From: Bacteroidota bacterium | Lineage (GTDB): Bacteria; Bacteroidota; Ignavibacteria; Kryptoniales; JAKASW01 | Direction: 5' to 3' | Length of the DNA: 64,000 nt | Assembly: GCA_023381615.1 (NCBI GenBank) | Contig: JAMCQL010000035.1 | Span: 5,979 to 69,978 of the forward strand | Part shown: positions 8,909 through 19,112 of the stretch, one piece after another | Position numbering within the stretch: the stretch's first letter is position 1 | How the letters are laid out: every line of letters begins with the position of its first letter | The notes under the pieces: generated by a model | What the model saw: only the letters and a program-made list of their open reading frames with translations | The model's database searches: none | What the model was told of the DNA's origin: nothing | Position numbers and translations under genes: made by a program

Positions 8909-11100
8909 TACTGTATCACTTCGTGTTGATGTGCTTTTCCTTGCGCAAGGTTAATCCTGCTGTTGCCGTTTTGATCGACTTTGAATTTATCGGCCAGCTT
9001 TTGCAGGCTTTCGGTGAGCCTGTTTAGGTCATCGGCGGCTCTCGCAATCTGTGATATTCCGTTTGCCGACTCGGACGATACGGTGGAAATAGCTTCGACG
9101 TTTTTCGAAATTTGTTCGCTTGTCGAAGATTGTTCTTCGCTCGCGGCGGCAATCTGGTTTATCATATCTACGATGCCTTGCGCGTTGCTTACAATATTTT
9201 TTAAAGAGTCGCCGGCTTGATCGGCAAGGCTGATTCCTTCGGTGACTTCCTGGTTCCCGCGCCGCATCGCTTCGACAGCTTCTCCTGTGCTGTTCTGAAT
9301 ATTTCTTATCATCGCGGAAATTTGTTTTGTTGCCTGCGACGTACGTTCAGCTAATTTTCTGACTTCATCGGCAACCACTGCGAAGCCTCTTCCTTCTTCG
9401 CCCGCCCGCGCCGCCTCGATAGCTGCGTTCAACGCGAGCAGGTTTGTCTGGTCGGCGATGTCATCGATAACGGAAACGATTTCTCCAATTTGTCCGCTGA
9501 GTTCGCCGAGTTGGTTGACGGTGTCCGATGATTTTCTTACCACACTTGCGATCTCTTTTATCTTTTGCACTGTGTTTTGAACCACTTCGCCGCCGTGATG
9601 CGCGACTTTGCCGTTGTCCTTTGCGGCATCCACCGCTTTGCTTGCGCTTCTGGCATTTTCAATGACTGTTCTCGTCATCTGTTCAACGGCTGTGGCAACT
9701 TCTCCAGCTTGAGCAGATTGTTCCTGGGCGCCGGCGGCGAGTTCCTCGGTTGAACTGCTGATCTGTGACGAAGCGCTCGCGGTGGACTGAACTGCGCGAA
9801 TTACTTGCCCGATTATCTCGCGGATATTCAATACAACCTTGTTGAATCCCTGATAAAGTTTGCCAATCTCGTCGTTCTTCTTCGCTTCCAAACTGACGGT
9901 GAGGTCGCCCTCAGCAAACTTGTTCATCTCTTTAAGAAGCGCATCGACGCTCTCGGATAGATATTTCCGGTCTTTCTCGATCCTGTCGGAGAAGGCTTTC
10001 ATTTCCGTAACATCGGTCAACACCTCGACTCCGCGAATTATATTTCCGTTGACGTCGGAAACGGAGCCTGCCTGATAAATAACGGGAATCTCGTTGCCTT
10101 TTGGCTTTGCGGTCGATTCGCCGCTTATCATTTTCCGTTCGTTCCACGCCTTGGAAACAGGGCATTCTGCGGTTTGACAGAGCGGAAGGTTGAAAACCTC
10201 ATAACATTTTTTCTTTTCGACAATGTTTTCGTACTTCTCGCCGGCAAGCTTAACAGCGGCTGTGTTGGCAAATTGAATCGTGAACTGCCGGTCCACTGCA
10301 TAGACGGGACTCCCGACCTCGTTCAAGTAAGCCGCAAGCTTTGCGATATCCGCAGACATGGCATTGAAAGACTCCGCAAGTATTCCGAACTCATTCTTTG
10401 ATTTGATTTCTGCGCGAGCGCCCCATTTGCCGGCTGATATTTTGCGAGTCGCCTCCGTTAAGACTTTAAGCGGAACCGTCAACGAACGATACCAGATGAA
10501 TCCCGTGATGATTATGGCAATTATCAAAAGGCTTGAGACAAGCCATAATTCCTGTTCGATCTGGTTTGCATCGTCGACTTCTTGCGATTTCTCCTGAAAA
10601 ATTTTCTGACGCTCCGAATCGATGAGCAACGCAATTTTTGTCTGGAGGTTTGAGTAGTGAGTTTTCAGATTTTCTAACGAAGATAGCTCCTGTTTTGCTT
10701 TTCTCGTTCCGATTGAAGATTGAGCCTGCGCTTGACTTTGTTGAATGCTGCTCCAGATATCCGAAATTTCCTGGAGCGAATTTGTATTATCAGCGCTATT
10801 TTGTCCGGTGACAGACTGAAGCTTTTGAGTGAATTCGCTTGATGCGCTTTGAAAGTCTGAATTGCCGGCAGAACCATATAGAGCATCTTTTGATGCCGAC
10901 TCAACTTTCAATGAAAGCGCGTAGAGGTCGTTGTAAGTTTGGAGTGTGCTTACAACCTTGCCCAAGTGTCTGCTCGATTTAGCAGAGTACTCGTGGAGTT
11001 TACCGCTGACGAAGAAAGTTGCGAGCGCCATAACTAGTGCCGCTGCGCCGAAGGAGAGAATGATTCTTGTTGACATCCGAAAGTTATTGATCCATCGCAT
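8908..11100 (-). CDS. Methyl-accepting chemotaxis protein (periplasmic helical sensor-HAMP-PAS-like-signalling domain)
   Basis: Same MCP tip motif. The signalling domain is near-identical to that of 7133-8908. Confidence 0.9.
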   Translation of the reverse strand: MRWINNFRMSTRIILSFGAAALVMALATFFVSGKLHEYSAKSSRHLGKVVSTLQTYNDLYALSLKVESASKDALYGSAGNSDFQSASSEFTQKLQSVTGQNSADNTNSLQEISDIWSSIQQSQAQAQSSIGTRKAKQELSSLENLKTHYSNLQTKIALLIDSERQKIFQEKSQEVDDANQIEQELWLVSSLLIIAIIITGFIWYRSLTVPLKVLTEATRKISAGKWGARAEIKSKNEFGILAESFNAMSADIAKLAAYLNEVGSPVYAVDRQFTIQFANTAAVKLAGEKYENIVEKKKCYEVFNLPLCQTAECPVSKAWNERKMISGESTAKPKGNEIPVIYQAGSVSDVNGNIIRGVEVLTDVTEMKAFSDRIEKDRKYLSESVDALLKEMNKFAEGDLTVSLEAKKNDEIGKLYQGFNKVVLNIREIIGQVIRAVQSTASASSQISSSTEELAAGAQEQSAQAGEVATAVEQMTRTVIENARSASKAVDAAKDNGKVAHHGGEVVQNTVQKIKEIASVVRKSSDTVNQLGELSGQIGEIVSVIDDIADQTNLLALNAAIEAARAGEEGRGFAVVADEVRKLAERTSQATKQISAMIRNIQNSTGEAVEAMRRGNQEVTEGISLADQAGDSLKNIVSNAQGIVDMINQIAAASEEQSSTSEQISKNVEAISTVSSESANGISQIARAADDLNRLTESLQKLADKFKVDQNGNSRINLAQGKAHQHEVIQ

Positions 11101-11161
11101 GGTTTGCCCGCCTCATTATTGTGATTCTCAGGTTTGAGTGTGAATTGTGAGAGTCAATTGA

Positions 11162-11653
11162 TCAAGCCTTTGATTCCGCCTCGATTTCAGAAAGGTGTTC
11201 TTGTTCATCCGAAGAAAGAACTTTGTCGAGATCAAGCAGGATCAACAGCCTGTCCTGAAGTTTCGCAACGCCGGTGATGTAATTTGCGTTAACGCTTGTC
11301 GTGAGATCGGGCGGCGGCTCAATGATACTCTTCTCGACGCGGATGACCTCTTTCACTTTGTCCACGAGGAAGCCGACAACTTTATCTGTCAACTCGACAA
11401 CGATTATTCTAGTTTCATTGTCGCGTTCTTTCTTGCTGATGCCGAATCGCTTTCTCAGATCGATTACCGGAACGATTCTTCCCCGCAAGTTGATTACACC
11501 TTCAACGAACTCCGGCGACTTGGGAACGCGGGTGATTTCGACGGTGCGAATAATTTCCTGAACTTTTAAAATGTCGACTCCAAATTCCTCGTTCTCGACC
11601 ACGAAACTGACGAGTTGGTAGATCGTCTCGTTTGATTGGCTGCTGGTATTCAT
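11162..11653 (-). CDS. cheW: Chemotaxis coupling protein CheW
   Basis: 163 aa; FGVDILKVQEII, GVINLRGRIVPVIDLRKRFG. Confidence 0.9.
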   Translation of the reverse strand: MNTSSQSNETIYQLVSFVVENEEFGVDILKVQEIIRTVEITRVPKSPEFVEGVINLRGRIVPVIDLRKRFGISKKERDNETRIIVVELTDKVVGFLVDKVKEVIRVEKSIIEPPPDLTTSVNANYITGVAKLQDRLLILLDLDKVLSSDEQEHLSEIEAESKA

Positions 11654-11656
11654 TTT

Positions 11657-13558
11657 TTATCTCCCGTTAGTTCCATTTCTATGCGAGTTATGAAGGGGAA
11701 CAATTTTTCCGTTTTCACGGACGCCGTACGAGCCTTTTTGATCCACGCTCGAATTTAGCTGGAAGCGTTCGATCAACACCCGCAGGTGTTCTGTCAACTT
11801 ATTAAGATTCTCGGCAGTGTGCGCAAGGTCGGTAGTTGCTCCGGAAACCTGGCCGGCGACGGAAGAAATACTTTCCACGTTGTGCGATATCTGTTCGCTG
11901 GCGGAAGACTGTTCCTGACTTGCCGCCGCGATTTGATTTATCATTCCGACAACGCCGTTGACAGAAGAAATAATTTCTGAAAGAGCGTCGGCGGCTTTGT
12001 CTGCTAATTTCATTCCGTTCTCGGCTTCGGTGTTTCCTTCGGTCATCGCGAGCACGACCTGTGTTGTCTCTTGCTGAATGCGTTTGATCATTCCGGCAAT
12101 TTCTTTTGTCGCGGAAGTTGTACGCTCTGCGAGTTTGCGGACTTCGTCGGCAACAACCGCGAATCCTCGTCCTTGTTCGCCGGCTCTCGCCGCTTCGATT
12201 GCCGCATTGAGCGCGAGAAGGTTTGTCTGGTCCGCAATGTCGTCTATGACTTGGATGATCTCTCCGATTTGCGCGCTTGACTTCCCGAGAGTATCGACAA
12301 TTTCCGCTGATTTCTTCACAAGCTGCGCGATTTTCGTCATTCCACCGAGAGTGTCCTGGAATACCTTTTCGCCGACATTTGCAAGATCGGAGGCTTTTTT
12401 CGCCATCTCGGCGGCTTCGTTTGCATTCTTGGACGACTCGATTATTGTCGTCGACATCTGCTCGACTGCTGTCGCTACCTCGCGAGTCTGGTTTGCCTGT
12501 TCTCCTGCGCCCGAAGACATTTCTTCGGCTACGGACGAAATTTGTGTTGAAGCTTCCGCAAGTGAGTTGCCCGCAGTGTGCACTTCGCCGATGAGCGAAT
12601 TCAAGTCGCGGATCATCTGGTTAATTTTGTGCATCAGCGCCGCGACCTCGTCTTCCTTTTCAACTGTCAACTCTTTTGTGAGGTCGCCTGCGGTTACAGC
12701 TTCGACTACCGCGGATATTTTTCCGAATTGCGTTTGAAGATATTCCTGCTGTTCCTCAGACTCATGCTGCATTTTTTCGGCGAGTTTTCTTGCTTGCTCT
12801 GCTTGCTGGGTTTTCAAGTTTATTTCATCGAGCGACTTCTTGTTGTTCTCGACCATTATGTTGAATGCGGCGGCGAGTTCGCCTATCTCGTCGCTTTGGT
12901 TCAGCTCGACTCTTGTTTCGAAGTCGCCGGTTGCTACTTTCTGAGCCGATTTCTTCAGAAGCTCGACCGGCTTTACGATAGCTTTTCCTATGAGAAGCAG
13001 TGCGAGCCATCCGAACACACCAAAGATTGCGAGAACGACGATCGAAAAAATCAGGCTGTTCGACCTTTCCGCTTTAAGCGGCTGGGATGAGATCGCGACA
13101 GAAACGTAACCGAGCGGCTGGTGAGTGGTTTGATTTGCAATTCTTAATGCGGCAACGATAACCGGCGCTCCATCTTTTGTGTCGGCTGATTGCACCGATT
13201 TAGTGAGTGATGAAAAATTAGGTTGTGTCCAGTTTATGGAATTAAAATTCACCTGCGCGAGCAATTTTCCGTTCTGGTCATAGAATGCACCGGCGACAGC
13301 ATCTCCGGCTCCAACTACGTTTTTGAGTCCGTCGGTAAGTCCGCCCGTATCGCCCATCATCAATCCGTATTGCGATTGTGCCCCCATTGTCTGAGCGAGC
13401 AATGTTGCTCTATCGTTGAATTCGCGTTCTGTAATGCTCAACGAGTACCTTGAATAAATAAAAACGAGAGCCCACGCGAAAAGCATTATTGCAGTTAAGA
13501 GGACTGAAAACTTTTTGCGAAGTTTCATATTTGCGATTCGTTGATTTGTGTTCATCAC
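11657..13558 (-). CDS. Methyl-accepting chemotaxis protein
   Basis: N-terminal TM, periplasmic domain, second TM, HAMP, and MCP tip [41 protein letters not shown]. Confidence 0.9.
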   Translation of the reverse strand: MMNTNQRIANMKLRKKFSVLLTAIMLFAWALVFIYSRYSLSITEREFNDRATLLAQTMGAQSQYGLMMGDTGGLTDGLKNVVGAGDAVAGAFYDQNGKLLAQVNFNSINWTQPNFSSLTKSVQSADTKDGAPVIVAALRIANQTTHQPLGYVSVAISSQPLKAERSNSLIFSIVVLAIFGVFGWLALLLIGKAIVKPVELLKKSAQKVATGDFETRVELNQSDEIGELAAAFNIMVENNKKSLDEINLKTQQAEQARKLAEKMQHESEEQQEYLQTQFGKISAVVEAVTAGDLTKELTVEKEDEVAALMHKINQMIRDLNSLIGEVHTAGNSLAEASTQISSVAEEMSSGAGEQANQTREVATAVEQMSTTIIESSKNANEAAEMAKKASDLANVGEKVFQDTLGGMTKIAQLVKKSAEIVDTLGKSSAQIGEIIQVIDDIADQTNLLALNAAIEAARAGEQGRGFAVVADEVRKLAERTTSATKEIAGMIKRIQQETTQVVLAMTEGNTEAENGMKLADKAADALSEIISSVNGVVGMINQIAAASQEQSSASEQISHNVESISSVAGQVSGATTDLAHTAENLNKLTEHLRVLIERFQLNSSVDQKGSYGVRENGKIVPLHNSHRNGTNGR

Positions 13559-13564
13559 TCTGCC

Positions 13565-14131
13565 TCAGTTTGTTGCAAGAAATTGTGTATTCGGGATATA
13601 TTTTTCGGGCACTTTTATTCCAAGCGCGTTAAGTGTCTTTTGGTTGACGATCAATTTTACATCGCTTCCTTCGTTGAGAAGAGTTGCGCATGCTCCAGCG
13701 GATACCCAATCTGTGTTCGGCGCAAAGACCGCGATGCCGTTTACTGTCGCGTTCTTAATGAGATAATCCCTTCCGAGTGAACTCCCGACCATGTTGTCGT
13801 TCTGCAATATCCAGAGAATTTGGATATGATAATTGTCGGTAAGGTCCCTGAACTTTTGCGCTATGTCCTTTAATTCTTCGACATCAGCAATTACAACTTT
13901 GACACCGACTGCTGCGGCAGCGCGTTGGATCTTCGGCATGAGATCCGCGGTGTTGACCGTTGATTGGTTCCACATTATTCCGACAATCTGTGTTTTCGGA
14001 AAAAGTTGCTTCATCATATAAAGTTGTTGAAGCGGTGTTGCATTAGATTCTAATGCCTCCGGTGTGCCAAATAGGGCAAGCACCAGAACGGGAATTGCGA
14101 TCATTAGACCGAATCTTTTAGACGAAAGCAT
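13565..14131 (-). CDS. Signal-anchored periplasmic protein resembling half of an ABC-type substrate-binding (ABC_sub_bind-like) fold
   Basis: N-terminal hydrophobic segment, then alternating beta/alpha pattern (IVGIMWN, VKVVIADV, IQILWIL, GIAVFAP). Family assignment is from memory and unverified. Confidence 0.4.
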   Translation of the reverse strand: MLSSKRFGLMIAIPVLVLALFGTPEALESNATPLQQLYMMKQLFPKTQIVGIMWNQSTVNTADLMPKIQRAAAAVGVKVVIADVEELKDIAQKFRDLTDNYHIQILWILQNDNMVGSSLGRDYLIKNATVNGIAVFAPNTDWVSAGACATLLNEGSDVKLIVNQKTLNALGIKVPEKYIPNTQFLATN

Positions 14132-14504
14132 TTTGTCTCACCTCTGTTTTTGTGTTCGGATTACTTATTAATCTTTTTAACGTGCCGAAAGTGAACGGTT
14201 TGTCCAGCGCCGTGAAAGCCTCTGTTTCCAAAAGCATCTGCAAAGTCAAAGGCTCTATTTTCGTTACAGCCACAATGCTGGTAAGTCTTTTCTTTGACTT
14301 TAGAACTTTGCCAAGGAGCAGAAATGTTGCCGGATTGTTGGAAGAGATTATCAGTGAATCTACATTCATCATCGAGATTATCTCTGCTGCCTCAAGTGAA
14401 TCTGTTGAAGTAAGTACTGCGCAACAATCTTGCGATAAATAGTTTGCCCAAGCTGCGGAGAGCTCGGTGTCTGTTTCGTGGATAAGTATAGTTTTCATGT
14501 CCAT
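14118..14504 (-). CDS. Receiver-like protein lacking the phospho-acceptor Asp (pseudo-receiver)
   Basis: Has a receiver fold pattern and keeps the T (IVAVT) and K (LDKPF). Beta1 reads ILIHETD, and the beta3 acceptor position reads DSLIISS (Ser instead of Asp). Confidence 0.5.
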   Translation of the reverse strand: MDMKTILIHETDTELSAAWANYLSQDCCAVLTSTDSLEAAEIISMMNVDSLIISSNNPATFLLLGKVLKSKKRLTSIVAVTKIEPLTLQMLLETEAFTALDKPFTFGTLKRLISNPNTKTEVRQNAFV

Positions 14505-14886
14505 TCACATTTATAAATGACAACTGGTGTGCCGCAGCAATTCTTGTGAATTCGAGGTATTTTACGGCATTTCACCGAGACAAGGGAGGTTCAATGACGA
14601 ATATTAGCCACGAGTTTGAACAATAGTCGCCATGGACTTCAACGGAAATTATTCCCTGCGGTGGCTGAGTCTCACGTGACTGGGTCGGTTCACCTCGAGA
14701 GTCGATTGTGTTTGTCGTGCCCGGTTGTCTTCGTTCGATGACAACGAAAGAAATTTTGGCGAATAGTAATCAACGCTGGAGAATATTGAGCAGCACATAA
14801 GACGTGAACGCTTAATTCAGTTTGAATTTCCGTCTTGCCGTCGGCACAAACGTTGAACAGAATAAAGAGGACAAAGGAGCGTTGGA

Positions 14887-15024
14887 ATGAAAAAGTTTTT
14901 GATACTGCTTGCACTAATTGCTGCCACGTCTGCTGTGGTGGCTTTAATAGACGGTGAACAAGATGCCGATAGTACTATTGAAGAGGCAAATGAGGATTTA
15001 GTCATCGATTATCTGGGAGTTTAG
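14887..15024 (+). CDS. Unannotated 45-aa microprotein (signal/TM helix + acidic tail) immediately upstream of flgB
   Basis: ATG at 14887 lies 7 nt after AAGGAG (14874-14879). Product is MKKFLILLALIAATSAVVALIDGEQDADSTIEEANEDLVIDYLGV. Stop TAG 15022-15024 lies 2 nt before the flgB ATG. It is below the ORF-track length cutoff. Confidence 0.4.
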   Translation: MKKFLILLALIAATSAVVALIDGEQDADSTIEEANEDLVIDYLGV

Positions 15025-15026
15025 TC

Positions 15027-15416
15027 ATGAAGATAGACTTATTCGACAGGAGCAGGATTCCGCTTCTTGAAAAGGAGCTTGATGCATTCGCAGTTCGGAA
15101 CAAGGCAATCGCAAATAACATTGCCAACATCGGCACGCCGAATTACAAGCGCCTCGATGTCGGTTTTCAAAAACAGCTTTCCGATGCGATCGAGACTGCG
15201 AAGAACAGCGTTGATCTAAGCGAGAAAGTGGACCAGATCGAGCCCGAAATCGAAATCGACCGCAGCAGTCTTCTGGCGAGCGGTGCAAATAATGTTGACA
15301 TAGACCAAGAAATGGCTGAGCTTGCGAAAAATCAGCTTCGATTCAAGTTGGCTGCTCGGCTGATGACCGATACTTTAAATCAAATTGACAAAAGCATAAC
15401 GAGTGGTGGACAATGA
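15027..15416 (+). CDS. flgB: Flagellar basal-body rod protein FlgB
   Basis: NNIANIGTPNYKR motif; first gene of the fla operon. Confidence 0.9.
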   Translation: MKIDLFDRSRIPLLEKELDAFAVRNKAIANNIANIGTPNYKRLDVGFQKQLSDAIETAKNSVDLSEKVDQIEPEIEIDRSSLLASGANNVDIDQEMAELAKNQLRFKLAARLMTDTLNQIDKSITSGGQ

Positions 15417-15907
15417 GAATAGGAAAAATGTTTTCGGCAATTGATGTCAGCGCTTCCGGTCTTGCGCTGCAGCGCAAGAAAATGGACGCAATTGCAAGCA
15501 ATCTTGCAAACATCGACACGGTCGGTCCGGATGGAAAGCCGTATCAGAGACAGGATGTCCAAGCGGTTCCCGGCAAACCACTTTCTTTCAGCGAAGAGAT
15601 GAAAGGTCAATTCATACCTTTGAAAACTTCCGACCCGAATCACATGGAACCTTCCGCTGAAAATTTTACTTCCCCGGATTTTACGGTGAGAGAAGTTACC
15701 GGCAAGACTGTTCAAGACCGGACGGCGACAAAGATGGTTTACGATCCGTCAAACCCTAACGCCGATGCTAACGGCTACGTTGCCGAACCGAAGATCAATG
15801 TCGTAACCGAGATGGTAGATATGATCGCGACGACTCGCTCGTACGAGGCGAACGTTACCGCCATCGACGCTTCCAAAAACATAATCAAAGATTCAATTGA
15901 TATTTGA
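15413..15907 (+). CDS. flgC: Flagellar basal-body rod protein FlgC
   Basis: SASGLALQRKKMDAIASNLANIDT; C-terminal VTEMVDMIATTRSYEANV. Confidence 0.9.
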   Translation: MRIGKMFSAIDVSASGLALQRKKMDAIASNLANIDTVGPDGKPYQRQDVQAVPGKPLSFSEEMKGQFIPLKTSDPNHMEPSAENFTSPDFTVREVTGKTVQDRTATKMVYDPSNPNADANGYVAEPKINVVTEMVDMIATTRSYEANVTAIDASKNIIKDSIDI

Positions 15908-15915
15908 GGCTGGAT

Positions 15916-16206
15916 ATGAAGATTGATTCAATTTCCAATTTAAATTACTCTCCGAATATTGCGCACAGGGAACCGATTGGCGGCGCTAAGAACGCAGCTC
16001 CTGAACAGAAATCTCAGGAAGCCGCGAGCGCGGTTTCTCACCACAACGGTTTGACAAGCGCGGAGCGCGCATTCTTCGCGAAACTTTTTCCCGATTCGTC
16101 TTCGCAGATTAGTTCGCATTTGCCGGTTAATATCGACAAGACGTATTCTCCGAATGGAATTCATTCTTCGGTGGAATTGGGACAAATAATAAACCGGAAG
16201 GTGTAA
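15916..16206 (+). CDS. Hypothetical 96-aa protein between flgC and fliE
   Basis: ATG at 15916 follows GAGG. The product is low-complexity and S/P/A-rich (MKIDSISNLNYSPNIAHREP...LTSAERAFFAKLFP...). I recognise no family. Confidence 0.5.
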   Translation: MKIDSISNLNYSPNIAHREPIGGAKNAAPEQKSQEAASAVSHHNGLTSAERAFFAKLFPDSSSQISSHLPVNIDKTYSPNGIHSSVELGQIINRKV

Positions 16207-16207
16207 A

Positions 16208-16507
16208 ATGCGGGTCGGTGATATTCAATCGGCTTTGAATCAGATGTCTCCTGACATCTCGACAAATAAGAGTGCAGATGACGTTACGAAAAGTTTCGAG
16301 TCGACACTGAACGATTTTGTCCACAACGTGAACGATTTGCAGAGCAGCGCAAACACGGCAATCGACAAAATGGCTTCGGGACAGGCAGCGGACGTGCACG
16401 AAGTGATGGTCGCTGTCGAGAAAGCAAAAGTGAGCTTCGATCTTCTTCTGGAGATCAGGAATAAAATGCTCGACGCTTACCGGCAGATAATGCAAATGCA
16501 GATGTGA
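16208..16507 (+). CDS. fliE: Flagellar hook-basal body protein FliE
   Basis: 99 aa; HEVMVAVEKAKVSFDLLLEIRNKMLDAYRQIMQMQM is the typical FliE C-terminus. Confidence 0.85.
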   Translation: MRVGDIQSALNQMSPDISTNKSADDVTKSFESTLNDFVHNVNDLQSSANTAIDKMASGQAADVHEVMVAVEKAKVSFDLLLEIRNKMLDAYRQIMQMQM

Positions 16508-16518
16508 GCAATTAGAAA

Positions 16519-18078
16519 ATGGCAAATTCGTTTTCCGGGTATTCTTCACAGCTGACGTCTGTTGTCAAGAAACTGACGCTGAAACAAAAAGTTGGGATCG
16601 GACTCTCCATTATCGTTTCAATAGTCGCGCTGATAATGCTTGTAACATGGGCAAATAAGCCGACTTTCGGGGTTCTTTTCACGAACTTGGAGGCGCAGGA
16701 CGCTTCAAAGATAATGGACAAGTTGAAACAGGAGTCTGTCCCCTACGAAATCGGCGATGCCGGGAAAGCGATACTCGTACCGAAGAACAAAGTTTACGAA
16801 CTGCGTTTGCAAATGGCCGGACAAGGCCTTCCGCAGTCAAGCGTGGTCGGTTACGAAATTTTTGACAAGCCTTCCTTTGGAATGACGGACTTCACTCAAA
16901 AAGTGAATTTCAAAAGGGCGCTCGAAGGCGAACTTGAAAAGACAATCCTTCAGCTCGACGAAGTGGACGGCGCGAGCGTACACATAGTCATTCCGGAAAA
17001 AGCCCTTTTCGAAAGCGAGCAGAAAAAAACCACGGCGTCTGTTTTTCTGAAGTTGAAAGATGGGGCTAATCTCAGTCCCGGAGAAATCAGAGGCGTGCAG
17101 CGTTTAGTTGCGGCAAGCGTCGAAGGGCTCGAGCCGAACGGCGTTACGATAGTTGATTCGAGAGGAAACCTGCTCTCGAGAAGAAGCGATGGCATTGACG
17201 CGCTGACCTCTGCTCAGTATGATATGCAAAGCAAAGTCGAGTCTTATCTTGCAAGCAAAGCCCAGACAATGCTCGATGCGGTCCTCGGCCCCGGCAACGC
17301 GATAGTGCGCGTGAATGCCCAGCTTGATTTCAGTCAGAACGAAAAAACAACGGAGCAATACGATCCAAATAGTGTTGTACTCAGCGAGCAAACCATGCAA
17401 GAGCGTTCGTCGGTTCCGGGGGACACAACCACAAACAACTCTTTACGAACAAATTCCGTAACCAATTACGATATTGGGAAAACCGTAGAAAAGATCGTCG
17501 GTAACATGGGCGGCGTGAAAAAACTTTCCGTCGCTGTTTTAGTGAACGGAAAGTACACCGCTATCGATAAGGGCGGCGAGCGAACCGTCGAATATACTCC
17601 GAGGAGCGGGCAAGAAATTTCGCAATTGACGGATATAGTGAAAAGAGCCGTGGGGTTTGATACAAATCGCGGCGACGAAGTTTCTCTTGTAAATATTCCG
17701 TTTGAGAACAACGATCAGGAGTTTTTGCTTAAACAAAAACCCGGCTTCCAGATCAAAGATTATGCGGACAAGCTTGTTATCCTCGCGGCGATGATTGGAG
17801 CTGTAATCGTATTCCTTTCGATCTTTGGCAAGGTACGCAAGAAAGAAGTTGGAGCGAAAGAACCGGTAGCTGTATTGTCGCATGGAAGAGCGGCGATGCC
17901 TTCCGCCGTCCCCGCGGGGCACGTCGGTGAGCAAATGGAAAGCATCCAGGCGGCAGATTACACCGAAGAAATTTTAAGAGCGAATAAAACAAAAGATGAA
18001 GTGAGCACTTATATCCAGAGCAAGCCATTGGATGCGGCTAACCTTCTTAAAGTTTGGTTAACAGATGGCGCTGAATAA
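16519..18078 (+). CDS. fliF: Flagellar MS-ring protein FliF
   Basis: 519 aa with an N-terminal TM, a YscJ/FliF ring domain and a C-terminal TM; sits at the canonical position. Confidence 0.95.
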   Translation: MANSFSGYSSQLTSVVKKLTLKQKVGIGLSIIVSIVALIMLVTWANKPTFGVLFTNLEAQDASKIMDKLKQESVPYEIGDAGKAILVPKNKVYELRLQMAGQGLPQSSVVGYEIFDKPSFGMTDFTQKVNFKRALEGELEKTILQLDEVDGASVHIVIPEKALFESEQKKTTASVFLKLKDGANLSPGEIRGVQRLVAASVEGLEPNGVTIVDSRGNLLSRRSDGIDALTSAQYDMQSKVESYLASKAQTMLDAVLGPGNAIVRVNAQLDFSQNEKTTEQYDPNSVVLSEQTMQERSSVPGDTTTNNSLRTNSVTNYDIGKTVEKIVGNMGGVKKLSVAVLVNGKYTAIDKGGERTVEYTPRSGQEISQLTDIVKRAVGFDTNRGDEVSLVNIPFENNDQEFLLKQKPGFQIKDYADKLVILAAMIGAVIVFLSIFGKVRKKEVGAKEPVAVLSHGRAAMPSAVPAGHVGEQMESIQAADYTEEILRANKTKDEVSTYIQSKPLDAANLLKVWLTDGAE

Positions 18079-19112
18079 TGTCTAAGGCAGTTGCACGAGC
18101 AATCACTTTTGAGCAGTTGAATGGCAGGCAAAAAGCTGCCGTCTTGATGATAGCGCTTGACGTAGAAAGCGCCGCGCATATTTTCAAGCATTTCGACCAG
18201 AGCGAAATAGAAAAGCTGACCGTGGAAATCACTAATATGCAGGGAGTTCATTCCGGCGTCATCAATAAAGTCATAGAAGAATTCCAGCAATTGACTGTGG
18301 CGCAGGAATACATAGTCAAAGGTGGAATCGAGTACGCTCACTCAGTGCTTGAGAAAGCTCTCGGCTCGATGAAAGCCGGCGAAATAATTGAAAAAGTGAA
18401 AGAACTGACTACCGTAAAAGGTTTTTCCATTCTGAAGAAATCCGATCCGCGCCAGCTTGCCAACTTCCTGCAAAAGGAACACCCACAGACGATTGCGCTG
18501 ATTTTGAGCCACTTAGCTTCTGATCTCGCCGCAGAAGTGCTTGATGAATTTTCAGAGGAGCTGCGCGCAGACGTTGCTTTCAGAATTACAACGCTTGGCA
18601 GAGTCGCGCCGAGTCTTGTCGGAGAAATTGAGACCGTCGTGGATCAAGTCGCGGAAGAAGTGATAAACGAAAGCAGCACCTCGACAGGCGGCGCAAGATC
18701 GATGGCTGCAATTTTGAACAAGGTCGGCGTTGCTCAGGCGAAGTTCTTAATGAACGCAATCGAACAGCGTGACCCGCAGGTTGCCGCGGAAGTGAAGAGA
18801 TTGATGTTCATGTTCGAAGATATCATGTACATTGACGACCGCAGCGTGCAGAGAATCCTCCGTGAAGTCGATAAGAAAGACCTTACGCTTGCGCTCAAGA
18901 TCGCTGATGAGAAACTGAAGATGAAGATATTCGCCAACATGTCCGAACGAGCGACGGATATGATAAAGGAAGAATTACAGTTCATGGGACCTGTCAGGCT
19001 CCGTGATGTGGAAGCTGCACAAACAAGAATTGTCGAAGTAATACGTCAACTCGAAGAAAACGAAGAAATAGTTATTGGCGGAAGGGGAAGTCCGGAGGAT
19101 GTCTTTGTCTAA
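18078..19112 (+). CDS. fliG: Flagellar motor switch protein FliG
   Basis: EHPQTIALILSHL, MFMFEDI and a C-terminal torque-helix region. Confidence 0.95.
   Translation: MSKAVARAITFEQLNGRQKAAVLMIALDVESAAHIFKHFDQSEIEKLTVEITNMQGVHSGVINKVIEEFQQLTVAQEYIVKGGIEYAHSVLEKALGSMKAGEIIEKVKELTTVKGFSILKKSDPRQLANFLQKEHPQTIALILSHLASDLAAEVLDEFSEELRADVAFRITTLGRVAPSLVGEIETVVDQVAEEVINESSTSTGGARSMAAILNKVGVAQAKFLMNAIEQRDPQVAAEVKRLMFMFEDIMYIDDRSVQRILREVDKKDLTLALKIADEKLKMKIFANMSERATDMIKEELQFMGPVRLRDVEAAQTRIVEVIRQLEENEEIVIGGRGSPEDVFV

Noticed and set aside
14519-14534. Sigma-54-like promoter on the minus strand (CGGCAC-accag-TTGTC) upstream of the che operon
   Set aside because: The -12 element is GT rather than GC. 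The predicted start site would lie only ~5 nt from the ATG at 14504, leaving no room for an SD. No enhancer-binding protein is encoded in the window.
14925-14960. Sigma-28-like -10 element (GCCGATAG) with an upstream TAAT
   Set aside because: The -35 match is poor and the spacing is 16-17 nt. It also lies inside the microprotein ORF, only ~70 nt from flgB. It is not distinguishable from chance.
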